Below, piece after piece: positions 50,722 through 60,596 of a stretch of 64,000 nt of DNA; position 1 is the stretch's first letter, and each line of letters opens with the position of its first letter. The position numbers were made by a program, and so were the translations under genes. The stretch is taken from positions 1,312,001 through 1,376,000 of the forward strand of contig OY730476.1 of the NCBI GenBank assembly GCA_963422735.1, given 5' to 3'. The notes below the pieces were generated by a model. The model had not been told where the DNA came from. It saw only the letters and a list, made by a program, of their open reading frames with translations, and ran no database searches. The stretch is from Candidatus Latescibacterota bacterium (GTDB lineage Bacteria > Latescibacterota > UBA2968 > UBA8231).

Positions 50722-51684
50722 GTGGCAGGTTTGAGAGTAGCGGTTATTGGCTGCGGCGGCCACGCCCAGTCGCACTTCCGCATGATTGCCGACGAGCCGC
50801 GGCTGCGCTTGGTGGGCATGGCCGAGTTGGACGAGGAGCGGCTGCACAAAAACGAAGACGAATGGGGGCCGGAACACGCCTTTGCCGACTATCGGAAAAT
50901 GCTCGATGTCTGTCAGCCAGATGTAGTGCATGTGGTCACCATGCCCGGCCACTTGCTTCCCATCGTGCTCGATTGCTTGGAGCGCGGGCTGCACACCTCG
51001 GTGGAGAAAGCACCGGGCATGACCGCGGCCGAGACCGCGCAAATGGCCCAAGCGGCTCAGCAGAGCCAAGGCAAGGCCATAGTATCCTTTAATCGGCGTT
51101 ACTTTCCCCAAGTGCTAGCCGTGCGGCAGCGCATCCAGGCGGCCGGTGGCACAGTGCATTGCGCTGCCACGTACAATAAGCCGGTGACCTTATTGGGACC
51201 GGTGGCACCCGATCCGGTGATATGCGATGCCATTCACCACGTCGATCTACTGCGCTGGCTGGCTGGCCGCAGCGCCGAGGATGCGGCCATTCCGGTAGAG
51301 GTGCAAGGAATGGTACAAGACGGCGAGCGGCCCGGGTGCCACCGCCACAACGCCGTGGTGCGTTTCGATACGGGAGCCTTCGGCGCTATGATGAGCCACT
51401 ACGGAGTAGGCTATCGCATTCAGCGGGCCGAAGTACACGGCGAGGATTTATCAATCTATCTGGATATGACCCGAGGGCTGCGGGTGGAGAGCTACGACAA
51501 GAGACAGCCCTTTACTATAGAGGACGAGGAGATCGAAGCAATGGGCGGGGCCGGCTTCAACGAGGTCGTCCACTTTGTCGATTGCATTCTAGAGGACCGC
51601 ACACCGTGGTCGAACTTGGACGACGCCGTGCATACCATGCGCTTGTGCGAGGCTATTCGCGGGGGGCATCGGGGGGTATTGTAG
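50722..51684 (+). CDS. Gfo/Idh/MocA family oxidoreductase
   Basis: AVIGCGG, VEKAPG, FNRRY, DAIHHVD; GTG start behind AAAGGA. Confidence 0.9.
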   Translation: MAGLRVAVIGCGGHAQSHFRMIADEPRLRLVGMAELDEERLHKNEDEWGPEHAFADYRKMLDVCQPDVVHVVTMPGHLLPIVLDCLERGLHTSVEKAPGMTAAETAQMAQAAQQSQGKAIVSFNRRYFPQVLAVRQRIQAAGGTVHCAATYNKPVTLLGPVAPDPVICDAIHHVDLLRWLAGRSAEDAAIPVEVQGMVQDGERPGCHRHNAVVRFDTGAFGAMMSHYGVGYRIQRAEVHGEDLSIYLDMTRGLRVESYDKRQPFTIEDEEIEAMGGAGFNEVVHFVDCILEDRTPWSNLDDAVHTMRLCEAIRGGHRGVL

Positions 51685-51858
51685 GGGCCATCAGTTCATG
51701 GCGTCACTTCGCACAGTCCCTTTCATCCCATTCAGCCGCAGTCAGGTGGGCATGGTTGTGGAAGAATGGGGTCGCCTTCCTAAAAGAGAAACGAATTGCA
51801 TCTACTGGCCCCCGACAACACCCAAACCCTCGGCGGCTAAAAAACACAGGATTGAACC

Positions 51859-53118
51859 ATGGCCAAAAAACGCGGCAAACAACGTCCCATCCGCGTCGGC
51901 GTAGTCGGCGTCGGTCGCGGCCGCTCCTTCATGCAGGCAGCCGCGGCAACCGGCATGGAACTGGCCGCCATTTGCGACATTTGGGAAGAGCCCCTCATTG
52001 CAGAAGGCAAGGCACTCAGCGTACCGACATTCGTCGATTACGACGAATTCCTCGGCTGCGACATAGATGCAGTCGTGCTGGCCAACTACTTCCACCAGCA
52101 CGCGCCGTTTGCCATCAAAGCACTCAGTGCCGGCAAACACGTAATGAGCGAAACCGCGGCCTGCCACACCTTGGGCGAAGGCGTAGCGCTGGCGCGTACG
52201 GTTGAGAAGAGCGGTAAGATCTACATGTTCGCCGAGAACTACCCCTACATGGTCTTCAACCAAGAGATGAAGCGGCTCTACCAAAAGGGCCGCGTCGGCG
52301 AGTTCAAATACGGCGAGGGCGAGTACGTCCACCCCGACCCGCCCGAAGTGAAACTGGCGCGCAGTTGTGGACGCGACCACTGGCGCAACTGGATTCCTGC
52401 CACGTACTACTGCACCCATTCCATCGCCCCGGTCATGTACATCACCGACACTCGGCCAGTAAAGGTAAACGGATTTGTCGTCCCCTTTGATTTTGCCGAC
52501 CCCACGCAAACGCTGCACGTGAACCGAGGAGACACCGCCGCGGTGATCATCTGCCGGATGGACAACGACGCGGTGATGAAGTCGCTGCACGGCGCATTGC
52601 GCGGCCACGGCAACTACGTCCGCATCCACGGCAACAAGGGGGTGATGGAAAACTGCCGCCACGGCGACAAACAGCGGCTGCGCGTGTGGTACGAGCCGTG
52701 GGAAAAACGCAAGAGCAATCCAATCGAAACCGTGTACAAGCCCGACTTCCCCATACACCATGCCCAAGCCACTCGCACCGGACACGGCGGCGGGGACTTT
52801 TTCACTAGCTACCACTTTGCTGAGGCGATCCGCACCGGCGAGCCTCCCTATCTCGACGTGTACCGCGGCCTCGACATGAGCATCGCCGGGGTTCAGGCCT
52901 GGCGGTCGGTGCTGAACGACTCGGCACCGATGGAAATCCCCGACTTCCGCCGCGAGTCAGTGCGCAAAAGATACGCCCAAGACGACTGGTCGCCCGACCC
53001 CGAGCGCAAAAAGAAAGGGCAGCCACCGAGCAGTATTTTGGGGTCAATCGAACCAGACGCCGAGGCAAAAAAGCTGGCGCGGAAAGTTTGGGCAGCACAG
53101 GGCTATCTGGGCGATTGA
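51859..53118 (+). CDS. Gfo/Idh/MocA family oxidoreductase (GH109-like subgroup)
   Basis: GVVGVGRG, GKHVMSE, AENYPY, EGEYVH, YCTHS, GHGGGD. Confidence 0.9.
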   Translation: MAKKRGKQRPIRVGVVGVGRGRSFMQAAAATGMELAAICDIWEEPLIAEGKALSVPTFVDYDEFLGCDIDAVVLANYFHQHAPFAIKALSAGKHVMSETAACHTLGEGVALARTVEKSGKIYMFAENYPYMVFNQEMKRLYQKGRVGEFKYGEGEYVHPDPPEVKLARSCGRDHWRNWIPATYYCTHSIAPVMYITDTRPVKVNGFVVPFDFADPTQTLHVNRGDTAAVIICRMDNDAVMKSLHGALRGHGNYVRIHGNKGVMENCRHGDKQRLRVWYEPWEKRKSNPIETVYKPDFPIHHAQATRTGHGGGDFFTSYHFAEAIRTGEPPYLDVYRGLDMSIAGVQAWRSVLNDSAPMEIPDFRRESVRKRYAQDDWSPDPERKKKGQPPSSILGSIEPDAEAKKLARKVWAAQGYLGD

Positions 53119-53131
53119 GGCGCTGGGCTGC

Positions 53132-54223
53132 TCAAAAATCCATCGCCGGCGGTCCCGCATAGCCGATGCTTTGCCATCCGGCGACATCGCCGCCTTTGAA
53201 GCGATAGGGGTGCGGATACAGCTTGAGCGTGCGGTCTGCAAAAGGCAGAGACACCCGCTCGTGCTCCCGATGGGCCGAGCGCACCAAGGCAATGGCCACT
53301 TCGAGCGAGTGGCGGTAATCGTCGCCGCTGCTATACGGCTCGGTGCCAGCTTGATGGGCGCGTATCAGGCGCTCGACCGTATAGGCAAAAGCATCCGCCG
53401 CCTGCCGCTCCAAAAAATCGGGATACACCACAGAAGCGGCCGCGCCAGTCCCTTCGATCAACGCGGGCCGCGGGCGTGCTAAAAAGACCTGCCCGCGCTC
53501 GCCAGCGACTGAAACAAAGGTCGGCACGCGGCCATCCGGCTCAGGTGCGACGATCTCGCAGACGATGCCGCCGCTCAGGCCCAAGCGACCGTACGCGGGC
53601 ACATCTCCCTCCTCTGTAGGAGTGCCTTCCGCCACGTACCCCGGCTCCGCCGGCAAGGTATAGCCTTCCACCCACTCCACATCCATCCCGGTGAGGATGC
53701 GCAGAGCGGCGATTTGTACGCAACCTCCGCCCGACACCTCGGTCGGCAGCCCGCCCGGGATCGCTGCTGCCGTCAGCCGACCAATATGCCCCTGCCTCAC
53801 CCACTCGACCACCTCGGGCATATGCGGCGTCGCCCATCCGGCTTGAGCGCAGCCGAACAAGGTGTCGTGCTCCCGGCAGATGCGGATCATTTCGTCGGCC
53901 TCGCGTAGCTGGTGAGAAATCGGCTTTTCGCAGGAAACGACCCGCACGCCAGCGCGGGCGCAGGTAGTGACGCAGGGATAGTTTTGGCTCACTGGGACGA
54001 CTGCGGAGACAATGTCGGGCACTTCGGCCGCCAAGAGGCCATCGAGATCGTCGTACACCTTCTCCACGCCGTAGCGCCGGGCAATGGCGTCCCGCCGCTT
54101 TCTGGCGCGATCGACGAGGCCGACAATCGCGCAGTTGGGATGGGCCGCGTAGGCGCGCGTGTAGTAGCGACCCCACGTGCCGGCCGCGCCGACGACGGCC
54201 ACCCGGTATTGCTTATTGGTCAT
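53132..54223 (-). CDS. Gfo/Idh/MocA family oxidoreductase
   Basis: AVVGAAG, PDIVS, CEKPI. Confidence 0.87.
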   Translation of the reverse strand: MTNKQYRVAVVGAAGTWGRYYTRAYAAHPNCAIVGLVDRARKRRDAIARRYGVEKVYDDLDGLLAAEVPDIVSAVVPVSQNYPCVTTCARAGVRVVSCEKPISHQLREADEMIRICREHDTLFGCAQAGWATPHMPEVVEWVRQGHIGRLTAAAIPGGLPTEVSGGGCVQIAALRILTGMDVEWVEGYTLPAEPGYVAEGTPTEEGDVPAYGRLGLSGGIVCEIVAPEPDGRVPTFVSVAGERGQVFLARPRPALIEGTGAAASVVYPDFLERQAADAFAYTVERLIRAHQAGTEPYSSGDDYRHSLEVAIALVRSAHREHERVSLPFADRTLKLYPHPYRFKGGDVAGWQSIGYAGPPAMDF

Positions 54224-54243
54224 GGTATCTGTCAGCCTCCTGA

Positions 54244-54272
54244 TTGACGGGGATAGAGGTCGCGGTTATATT
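54244..54272 (+). promoter_or_regulatory. Sigma70-type promoter of the tyrS leader
   Basis: TTGACG (54244-54249), 17 nt, TATATT (54267-54272). Confidence 0.75.
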
Positions 54273-54291
54273 TTTGCGCGGAGAATGAATG

Positions 54292-54354
54292 ATGCAAACC
54301 CTACGCACGGATCGCCGCTACCTCTATTATACCGCGTTTCATAGAGAGGGGTAG
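54292..54354 (+). CDS. Putative tyrS attenuator leader peptide MQTLRTDRRYLYYTAFHREG
   Basis: GGAGA RBS at 54280-54284, ATG 54292 (alternative 54289), Tyr codons TAC-CTC-TAT-TAT at 54319-54330, TAG 54352-54354. Confidence 0.78.
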   Translation: MQTLRTDRRYLYYTAFHREG

Positions 54355-54386
54355 TGCGTCCGCTGAATCGTCTAAACCGCGTGTAC

Positions 54387-54413
54387 AAGCCCCTGTAATC
54401 AGGGGCTTTTTTT
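54387..54413 (+). terminator. Intrinsic terminator (attenuator) upstream of tyrS
   Basis: AAGCCCCTG-TAAT-CAGGGGC followed by T7, ending 19 nt before the tyrS ATG. Confidence 0.9.
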
Positions 54414-54432
54414 ATGCCCATAAGGACCAGCA

Positions 54433-55680
54433 ATGAACATCATACCCGATCTTCAATTTCGCGGCTTGATCTACCAAGTCACCGATCTCGACGGCCTCGC
54501 CGAGCGCCTCGCCGCCGGTCCGATCGCGCTCTACAATGGCTTCGACCCGACCGCCGACAGCCTGACGGTGGGCAACCTCGTGCCGATCCTGCTCCTGCGC
54601 CGCTTCCAGCTCGCCGGCCACAAGATCATTGCCTTGGCCGGCGGCGGCACTGGTCTGATCGGCGATCCAGGGGGCAAGACCGAGGAGCGTCAGCTCAATG
54701 CCACCGACGTCGTGGCCGAGTGGACTCAGCAGGTCAAAGCCCAGCTAGAGCGCTTCCTCGAATTCGACGGCCCCAACCCCGCGACCATGGTCGATAATTA
54801 CGACTGGCTCGGCCAACTCGCAGCCATCGACTTTATGCGCACGGTCGGCAAGCACTTTCCCGTCCCCTACATGCTGGCCAAGGACTCGGTCGCCTCGCGC
54901 CTAGCAACGGGTATCTCCTATACCGAGTTCAGCTACATGGTGCTACAGGCGTATGACTTCTTGGTCCTCAACGAAAAATACGGCTGCGAGTTGCAGACCG
55001 GCGGCTCTGACCAGTGGGGCAATATCACCGCCGGCACCGATCTGATCCGCCGCTCCGCAGGTAGCCGGGCCTTTGGCCTGACCTGCCCGCTAGTGACCAA
55101 AGCAGACGGCACCAAATTCGGCAAGACCGAGGCGGGCACGGTCTGGCTCGACGCCGCTAAGACCTCGGCCTACCAGTTTTACCAGTTCTGGATCAACGCC
55201 GAGGACCAGAAGGTTGTCGACTACCTGAAAACGTACACCTTCCTAGAGCAGGACGAGATCCTCCAGCTCGCCCAAACCGTCCGCAACCAGCCCGAACGAC
55301 GCGAGGCCCAGCGCACCCTCGCCGCCGAAGTAACGGCCCTAGTACATGGAGCCGATGCGACGCGCCGGGCCGAAAACATCTCGCACGCACTTTTTTACGG
55401 AGTGTTTCAGGACCTATCCGAGGACGAAATCCTCGAAGGCTTTGACGACGTGCCAACGCACGCGATGGGTCAGGAGGAACTGGGGCTGGTCGATTTGCTC
55501 GTCGCGGCCGGCGTCTCTCCCTCCAAGCGCCAAGCCCGCCAAGATGTGCAAAACGGCTCAATATATATCAACGGCGAGCGCTGCACGGACATGGCGCGGA
55601 GAATGCAGCACCGACATGGCCTACACGGCAAATACCTGATCGTGCGCCGGGGCAAGAAGCAGTACACCCTCGTCTGCTAG
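54433..55680 (+). CDS. tyrS: Tyrosine--tRNA ligase
   Basis: GFDPTADSL, IGDPGG, SYTEFSY..LQAYDF, GGSDQWGNI, KFGKT, C-terminal S4 domain. Confidence 0.98.
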   Translation: MNIIPDLQFRGLIYQVTDLDGLAERLAAGPIALYNGFDPTADSLTVGNLVPILLLRRFQLAGHKIIALAGGGTGLIGDPGGKTEERQLNATDVVAEWTQQVKAQLERFLEFDGPNPATMVDNYDWLGQLAAIDFMRTVGKHFPVPYMLAKDSVASRLATGISYTEFSYMVLQAYDFLVLNEKYGCELQTGGSDQWGNITAGTDLIRRSAGSRAFGLTCPLVTKADGTKFGKTEAGTVWLDAAKTSAYQFYQFWINAEDQKVVDYLKTYTFLEQDEILQLAQTVRNQPERREAQRTLAAEVTALVHGADATRRAENISHALFYGVFQDLSEDEILEGFDDVPTHAMGQEELGLVDLLVAAGVSPSKRQARQDVQNGSIYINGERCTDMARRMQHRHGLHGKYLIVRRGKKQYTLVC

Positions 55681-56145
55681 CTACTCAGGTCGCAAGAGCA
55701 CTAGAAATTGCGCAAAGTCCCGCGCAAAATCGCGCTGGATTCGCGCTGCTTTAGCCGCCAAGTCCGCCACCTTATCGGGATCCAAATCTGCGGCGTACGC
55801 GTGGCGGAACAGATGGCGGAAGCGCCGCAATTCATCTAGGTCGGAAGCGGTTTCTGCAGACAGGAGCGCCGGGCGGATGCCTTGGATTTCTAGCTGCATT
55901 CGCCTAATCATATCCGCGTGATACCTTGCTTCGTCAATTTGGTTCTCAAAGAACCGCGCTACTTCCTCAAACAACTGCTCAAACGCGCCGTAGAGATTGT
56001 GGAGCTGGTATCCCATGCTGTCCACCCCTTCGGCACTATGGGCAAACGTGCTCAGGCGTTCCTCGATGCGACCGCCGATGCGGCTGATGTCCCGAGAACG
56101 CGTGCGCAACTCCGCTTCGAGGACTGCGAAGGCCCCTTTATTCAT
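55681..56145 (-). CDS. HEPN-domain RNase toxin (HepT-like)
   Basis: LHNLY...E, RFRHLFRHAY (Rx4H-type); overlaps the MNT stop. Confidence 0.88.
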   Translation of the reverse strand: MNKGAFAVLEAELRTRSRDISRIGGRIEERLSTFAHSAEGVDSMGYQLHNLYGAFEQLFEEVARFFENQIDEARYHADMIRRMQLEIQGIRPALLSAETASDLDELRRFRHLFRHAYAADLDPDKVADLAAKAARIQRDFARDFAQFLVLLRPE

Positions 56146-56476
56146 ACAACTTGACTCCAGACTGGACAAAGGCTTCGGGGGAAGGATGTCGGTCGAGGTC
56201 AATTACGTCCACCATTCTGCCGGTAGCGTCCTCCAGCGCTTTCATTATTGTGAGCACAACAGGTGAGCAGCCTCCCACGGCCACGTCAATGTCGGACGAC
56301 TCCCGCCAAGAATCAGGTGATCGCAGTGAGCCGACAATGTACGCGGCCTCGATTCCGAGCGGCTGCCGCAGTTCCAACAGGATGCGACGCACACAGTCGA
56401 GCAACTCGGCTTGCTCTGCCGCCAGCCTCTGGCGTCGCGCTCTTATGGCCTCGTCGAAGATGCTGGTGTCGAACAT
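56138..56476 (-). CDS. Minimal nucleotidyltransferase antitoxin (MntA-like)
   Basis: YIVGS...SDIDVAV, VDVIDL. Confidence 0.87.
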   Translation of the reverse strand: MFDTSIFDEAIRARRQRLAAEQAELLDCVRRILLELRQPLGIEAAYIVGSLRSPDSWRESSDIDVAVGGCSPVVLTIMKALEDATGRMVDVIDLDRHPSPEAFVQSGVKLYE

Positions 56477-56493
56477 ACTTTCGCCGCTTGGGT

Positions 56494-58287
56494 TTACTCC
56501 CACTCCACCGTGCCCGGCGGCTTGTGGGTAATGTCGTAGAAGACCGCCTCAATCCCCGCTAGTGCCAACAGCCGCTTGCACACGTCGTCCAAAAACCCCT
56601 GTGGCAACGGACAAAAGCGTGCGGTCATAAAGTCGGAAGTTGCTATCGGCCGCAGCACCACGCTCTCTTGGACCCCATCCGACGACAGCGGCAAAAGCAC
56701 CGTCGGCATCTGGGTTACTTCCTCCATCAGCCCAAAGCACTCCAACGCCTCCATGCTGATGGCATCGGCCTGGCGCAGGAGATCGAGCCGGTCGCGGGTC
56801 AAATACCCCGCTTTGAGGTTTTGCTGCGGTCGCGATGGTGGCCCCAGCAGGTAGATCACCCGATTGATCGACGAGAAGTGATTGGTCAGCTCGGTAGAAA
56901 GCGCCTCTAGCGTCTTCCACTCGCTCTGACCGGAGACCACCGCCGGATGCGCGTAGGTCCGCGCATCGCCCTGTACGCCGACGCTGCGCAACGGCAGCAC
57001 ATCGAGTGCCAAACCGAATGTCGCCGCCACCTTCTGCGCCTCGGCGACCGTATCGAGTGCTAAATTCTCCGCCCTCGGCCCCTCGCTGCACAAGACCCGG
57101 ACCGCCAACCCCGGCCCTGGGAACGGGTGCCGCCAGACCAAGTGGTGCGGCAAGCCGAGCGTTTCGCCCAAAGTGCGCGCCTCGTCCTTGTAGAGCTGAT
57201 CTAGCGGCTCGATGACTTTGCCCTCGGCCAAGAGCTGATCGATGACGCCGACGCGATTGTGGTGCGTCTTGATCACCGCTGCGTTTTCCGTGCCGCCGGA
57301 CTCGATGGTATCCGTGTAGAGCGTCCCCTGGCCCAACAGCCACTCGTCCGGATCCAGTGCCAATGCCGCCAGCGCGCGGTCCCGGACGCGGATGAACTCC
57401 TCGCCGATCCGCCGCCGCTTTTCCTCCGGGTCGGCAATCCCCTCGGTGGCGGCGAGGAATTCCGCGCTGGCATCAACGACTTCCAGATTGTGCAGACCCG
57501 CCTCCTTCATCAGCCGCTCGACCAGCGCGGTCTCGCCCTCGCGCATAAAGCCGTTGTCAATGTGCAAACCCAGCACCCGCTCTGCGCCCAAGGCGCGGTT
57601 GAGCAGGAGGAACGCCACCGACGAATCGACCCCACCGCTGACGAACAAAAAGACATTGCGCCCCTTCGCTTGCTCTTGGATCCGCTCTATCGCCTGCTCG
57701 GTGTAGCGCTCCATTGTCCAGTTTTGCTCTGCGCCACAGAGTGCGGCGAAGTTATCGAGGATTTCCATGCCCCGGACGGTGTGCGTTACTTCTGGATGGA
57801 ATTGCAAGCCGTATATCTTGCGCTCGGCATCGCCCATTGCCGCCACCGGGCAGTCCTCGGTCGCGCCTAAGACGGCAAACCCGGGCGGCAGAGCTGCGAC
57901 GTGGTCGCGATGACTCATCCACACCCGCTCGCGTGCATCCAATCCGGCCAGCACACCCGCTGCCTTGTGGACGTGCAGATAGGCCGCGCCAAACTCGTGA
58001 GTCGCTCCCCGCTCAACTTGGCCGCCTAGGCGGTGGCAGAGCAGTTGATGGCCGTAGCACAAGCCCAGCATCGGCTTGCCCATCACCAAAATCTCGGGAT
58101 TGTACACCGGGGCTTCTGGGTCATAGACGCTGGCTGGGCCGCCCGACAGAATCAGCCCGTCGGCGTCCTGCAAATCGGCGACCGCAGTCTCTGGCGAGCG
58201 GATCTCAGCGTGAACGCGGAGGCGGCGAATGCGATTGGCGATCAAGTGGGCGTACTGCCCGCCGAAGTCGAGAACGACGATGCTCAA
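56494..58287 (-). CDS. guaA: Glutamine-hydrolysing GMP synthase, long form
   Basis: LDFGGQY, GLCYG.Q, QFHPEV, SGGVDS, IKTHHN, RHPFPGPGL, KPPGTVEWE. Confidence 0.97.
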   Translation of the reverse strand: MSIVVLDFGGQYAHLIANRIRRLRVHAEIRSPETAVADLQDADGLILSGGPASVYDPEAPVYNPEILVMGKPMLGLCYGHQLLCHRLGGQVERGATHEFGAAYLHVHKAAGVLAGLDARERVWMSHRDHVAALPPGFAVLGATEDCPVAAMGDAERKIYGLQFHPEVTHTVRGMEILDNFAALCGAEQNWTMERYTEQAIERIQEQAKGRNVFLFVSGGVDSSVAFLLLNRALGAERVLGLHIDNGFMREGETALVERLMKEAGLHNLEVVDASAEFLAATEGIADPEEKRRRIGEEFIRVRDRALAALALDPDEWLLGQGTLYTDTIESGGTENAAVIKTHHNRVGVIDQLLAEGKVIEPLDQLYKDEARTLGETLGLPHHLVWRHPFPGPGLAVRVLCSEGPRAENLALDTVAEAQKVAATFGLALDVLPLRSVGVQGDARTYAHPAVVSGQSEWKTLEALSTELTNHFSSINRVIYLLGPPSRPQQNLKAGYLTRDRLDLLRQADAISMEALECFGLMEEVTQMPTVLLPLSSDGVQESVVLRPIATSDFMTARFCPLPQGFLDDVCKRLLALAGIEAVFYDITHKPPGTVEWE

Positions 58288-58323
58288 GAGGAATCTCCAG
58301 TGAACGAGGGAGACGGCCGTGAA

Positions 58324-58768
58324 TTACAACGATTGTAAATGTGTAAAATTCAATGCTGCCTATCCTTTTGCAAAAGCTGCCCTAAACAACTCCAAATCCA
58401 CGGTGCCTCAGAGATGACTTCCAAGAGCGCGGCGTCGGTCAATCCAAGTCGCACGAATGCGTTGTTGCAGGAGGCAGTCTTACTCGCAACGACGATCTCC
58501 TCGTTTTTTTGATGATGCGGCGGAGTACCGCGAAAAACTGGGAACGTTCTGGGTTCGGATGTTGAGCGAGTAGATTGGAGGCTTCAGTTAACGTGTTTGG
58601 TGTCAAGAATACCTGACCAGCTTGCTCAATTAGCTCGAGCAAACGCCCGCAATCTTCCACTATGAACCTGCGCAATCGACGATGCTTGGGAATCAACGTC
58701 TGATCGGTCTTACCCACAACGAGCAGCACGAGCAAGTTGGCGTCTATGAATATTCCTTTCAAGGCCAT
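58324..58768 (-). pseudogene. PIN-domain protein pseudogene
   Basis: FIDANLLVL, TPNTLTEASNL, then LGLTDAALL and TVDL in other frames, with an internal TAG. Confidence 0.8.
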
Positions 58769-58772
58769 GACT

Positions 58773-59063
58773 TCAATTATGGTCGACTAGATCTCGGTTC
58801 ATAACGGATATGACGTGACCGTCACTTACGCGAACGATCTTGTAGGGGCACCGTGTTAAAGGTGGTGGCGGTTTTGATACTTCAAGCATAGAAAAGAGAG
58901 GCTTAGGCAAACCCCAAGACCGATAGAAACCGATAGTTCTGCTCCAAACGCCCGATAAGTCATCGAACTCAACCTCTTCAAGACCGACATATTCCACACC
59001 TTCATCAGCGAAGAGATTGGCAATGTATTCTCGCGCTGTCCGTGCGGCTTCCTTCGCGTCCAT
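58773..59063 (-). CDS. Hypothetical protein, putative partner of the PIN protein
   Basis: MDAKEAARTAREYI...LEEVEFD...W...GF...YKIV; immediately upstream of the PIN gene. Confidence 0.7.
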   Translation of the reverse strand: MDAKEAARTAREYIANLFADEGVEYVGLEEVEFDDLSGVWSRTIGFYRSWGLPKPLFSMLEVSKPPPPLTRCPYKIVRVSDGHVISVMNRDLVDHN

Positions 59064-59294
59064 TAATGGGCCTCTTTTTTTCGGTAGTCCTAGGTGTTGG
59101 CTGGTTTTGATTAGAGGAAATACCTTTGGCGACGGCACCGCGACAAGCTCGTAAAGTGTTTACATCCGCCCTTTTAGCCCAGTGGTAAGCGGTACGTAAA
59201 GGGGATTTCAGCGCAGAGTCAAGGCTTGTCACTGTTTTCGCTTCCTAGTCGGGCTGATAGGACGCGAACACGCCGCCGGACTATATTTGGTCGC

Positions 59295-60596
59295 ATGACC
59301 TCGGCGCATCCACCCACCCCATCCGAACGCCTGCGTCCCGAACTGGGGTTAATCGGCACCATCGCCCTCGGCTTGGGTTCGATCGTCGGCACCGGCGTCT
59401 TTGTCAGCATTGGCATTGGCGCTGGCATCGCCGGACCGGCGGTCCTAGTCGCCATTGCCATCGCCGCGCTAGTCGCTCTCTGCAACGGCCTGTCCAGTGC
59501 CCAGCTAGCCGCCAGCCATCCGCTCAGCGGCGGCACGTACCAATATGGCTATGAGTACGCTTCACCAGCCCTCGGCTTTACTGCCGGGTGGATGTTCCTT
59601 TGCGCCAAGAGCGCGACCGCGGCCACCGCGGCGATGGGGCTGGCCGGCTATCTGCTCAACGCACTGGATCAGGCCGCATTAATTACCCCAGTCGCCTTGG
59701 CTGCCGTGCTGGTGCTCACCCTCATCGCCCTCTTGGGCATCAACCGCACCAACAAGGTCAACATCGCCATTGTCGCCGCGACGCTTTGCTCGCTGCTCGT
59801 CTTCATCGTCGCCGGCGCACCCAGCGCTCTGCACAACCTGCACCTGACCCCTTTCTTGGGGGACGACGGCTGGTTGGCTCTGTTGCAAGCCAGCACCCTG
59901 ATGTTCGTCGCCTATACAGGCTACGGTCGCATCGCTACGCTTGGCGAAGAAGTGCGCCAACCTCGCAAGACGATCCCCCGCGCCATCGTCGCCTCGCTGC
60001 TCATCGCCATGATGCTCTACCTCGGCGTCGGTGCCGTCGCCATAGCTGCCGTAGGGTCGGAGGCGTTCTACGCGGCCACCATGGACAAGGCCGCGCCCCT
60101 AAAGGTCATCTCCCGGACCTTTGGCGCACCCGGCATCTCCTCGATTTTGGCCTTGGGGGCGATCACTGCTATGGCCGGGGTACTCCTCAACCTAATCCTC
60201 GGTCTGTCGCGGGTCCTGCTGGCTATGGGCCGCCGAGGGGATATGCCCCGGGCGTTTGCCCGCCTCAATCGGGACCAGACCACACCTTCTATTGCCGTGG
60301 TAGTCGTCGGGCTGGCCATCGCCGGGCTAGTCCTCGTGGGCAACATCAAGACCACTTGGTCCTTTAGCGCCTTCTCCATTCTGGTCTATTACGCCATCAC
60401 CAACTTCTGCTCCCTGCGCTTGCCGGCCGACAAGCGGCTCTATCCCCGGTGGGTGGCCTTAGTCGGCCTAGTCGCCTGCCTAGGGCTGGCATTCTTTGTC
60501 GAGCGCACGATCTGGCTCAGCGGATTGGGACTGCTCTTGCTCGGCTGGTGTTGGCACCGCGTGGCACCGCACCGCATGATGAAAGCCCGAACTTAA
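59295..60596 (+). CDS. APC-family amino acid permease
   Basis: GSIVGTGVF, SGGTY.YG, FVAYTGYGRIATLGEEV..P..TIPRAI; about 12 TM. Confidence 0.93.
   Translation: MTSAHPPTPSERLRPELGLIGTIALGLGSIVGTGVFVSIGIGAGIAGPAVLVAIAIAALVALCNGLSSAQLAASHPLSGGTYQYGYEYASPALGFTAGWMFLCAKSATAATAAMGLAGYLLNALDQAALITPVALAAVLVLTLIALLGINRTNKVNIAIVAATLCSLLVFIVAGAPSALHNLHLTPFLGDDGWLALLQASTLMFVAYTGYGRIATLGEEVRQPRKTIPRAIVASLLIAMMLYLGVGAVAIAAVGSEAFYAATMDKAAPLKVISRTFGAPGISSILALGAITAMAGVLLNLILGLSRVLLAMGRRGDMPRAFARLNRDQTTPSIAVVVVGLAIAGLVLVGNIKTTWSFSAFSILVYYAITNFCSLRLPADKRLYPRWVALVGLVACLGLAFFVERTIWLSGLGLLLLGWCWHRVAPHRMMKART

Noticed and set aside
51222-52815. Long ORFs 51222-52205 (+) and 51802-52815 (-)
   Set aside because: Shadow frames of Gfo genes in GC-rich DNA, with no recognisable motifs
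54285-54344. Alternative uORF MNDANPTHGSPLPLLYRVS
   Set aside because: ATG directly abuts the SD and has only one Tyr codon; cannot be fully excluded
54275-54432. T-box riboswitch upstream of tyrS
   Set aside because: No TGGNACC T-box bulge or Stem I motifs, and the leader is short; a Tyr-rich uORF explains the terminator better
58288-58440. Purine riboswitch upstream of guaA
   Set aside because: Region is the 3' end of a PIN pseudogene; no aptamer core or terminator seen
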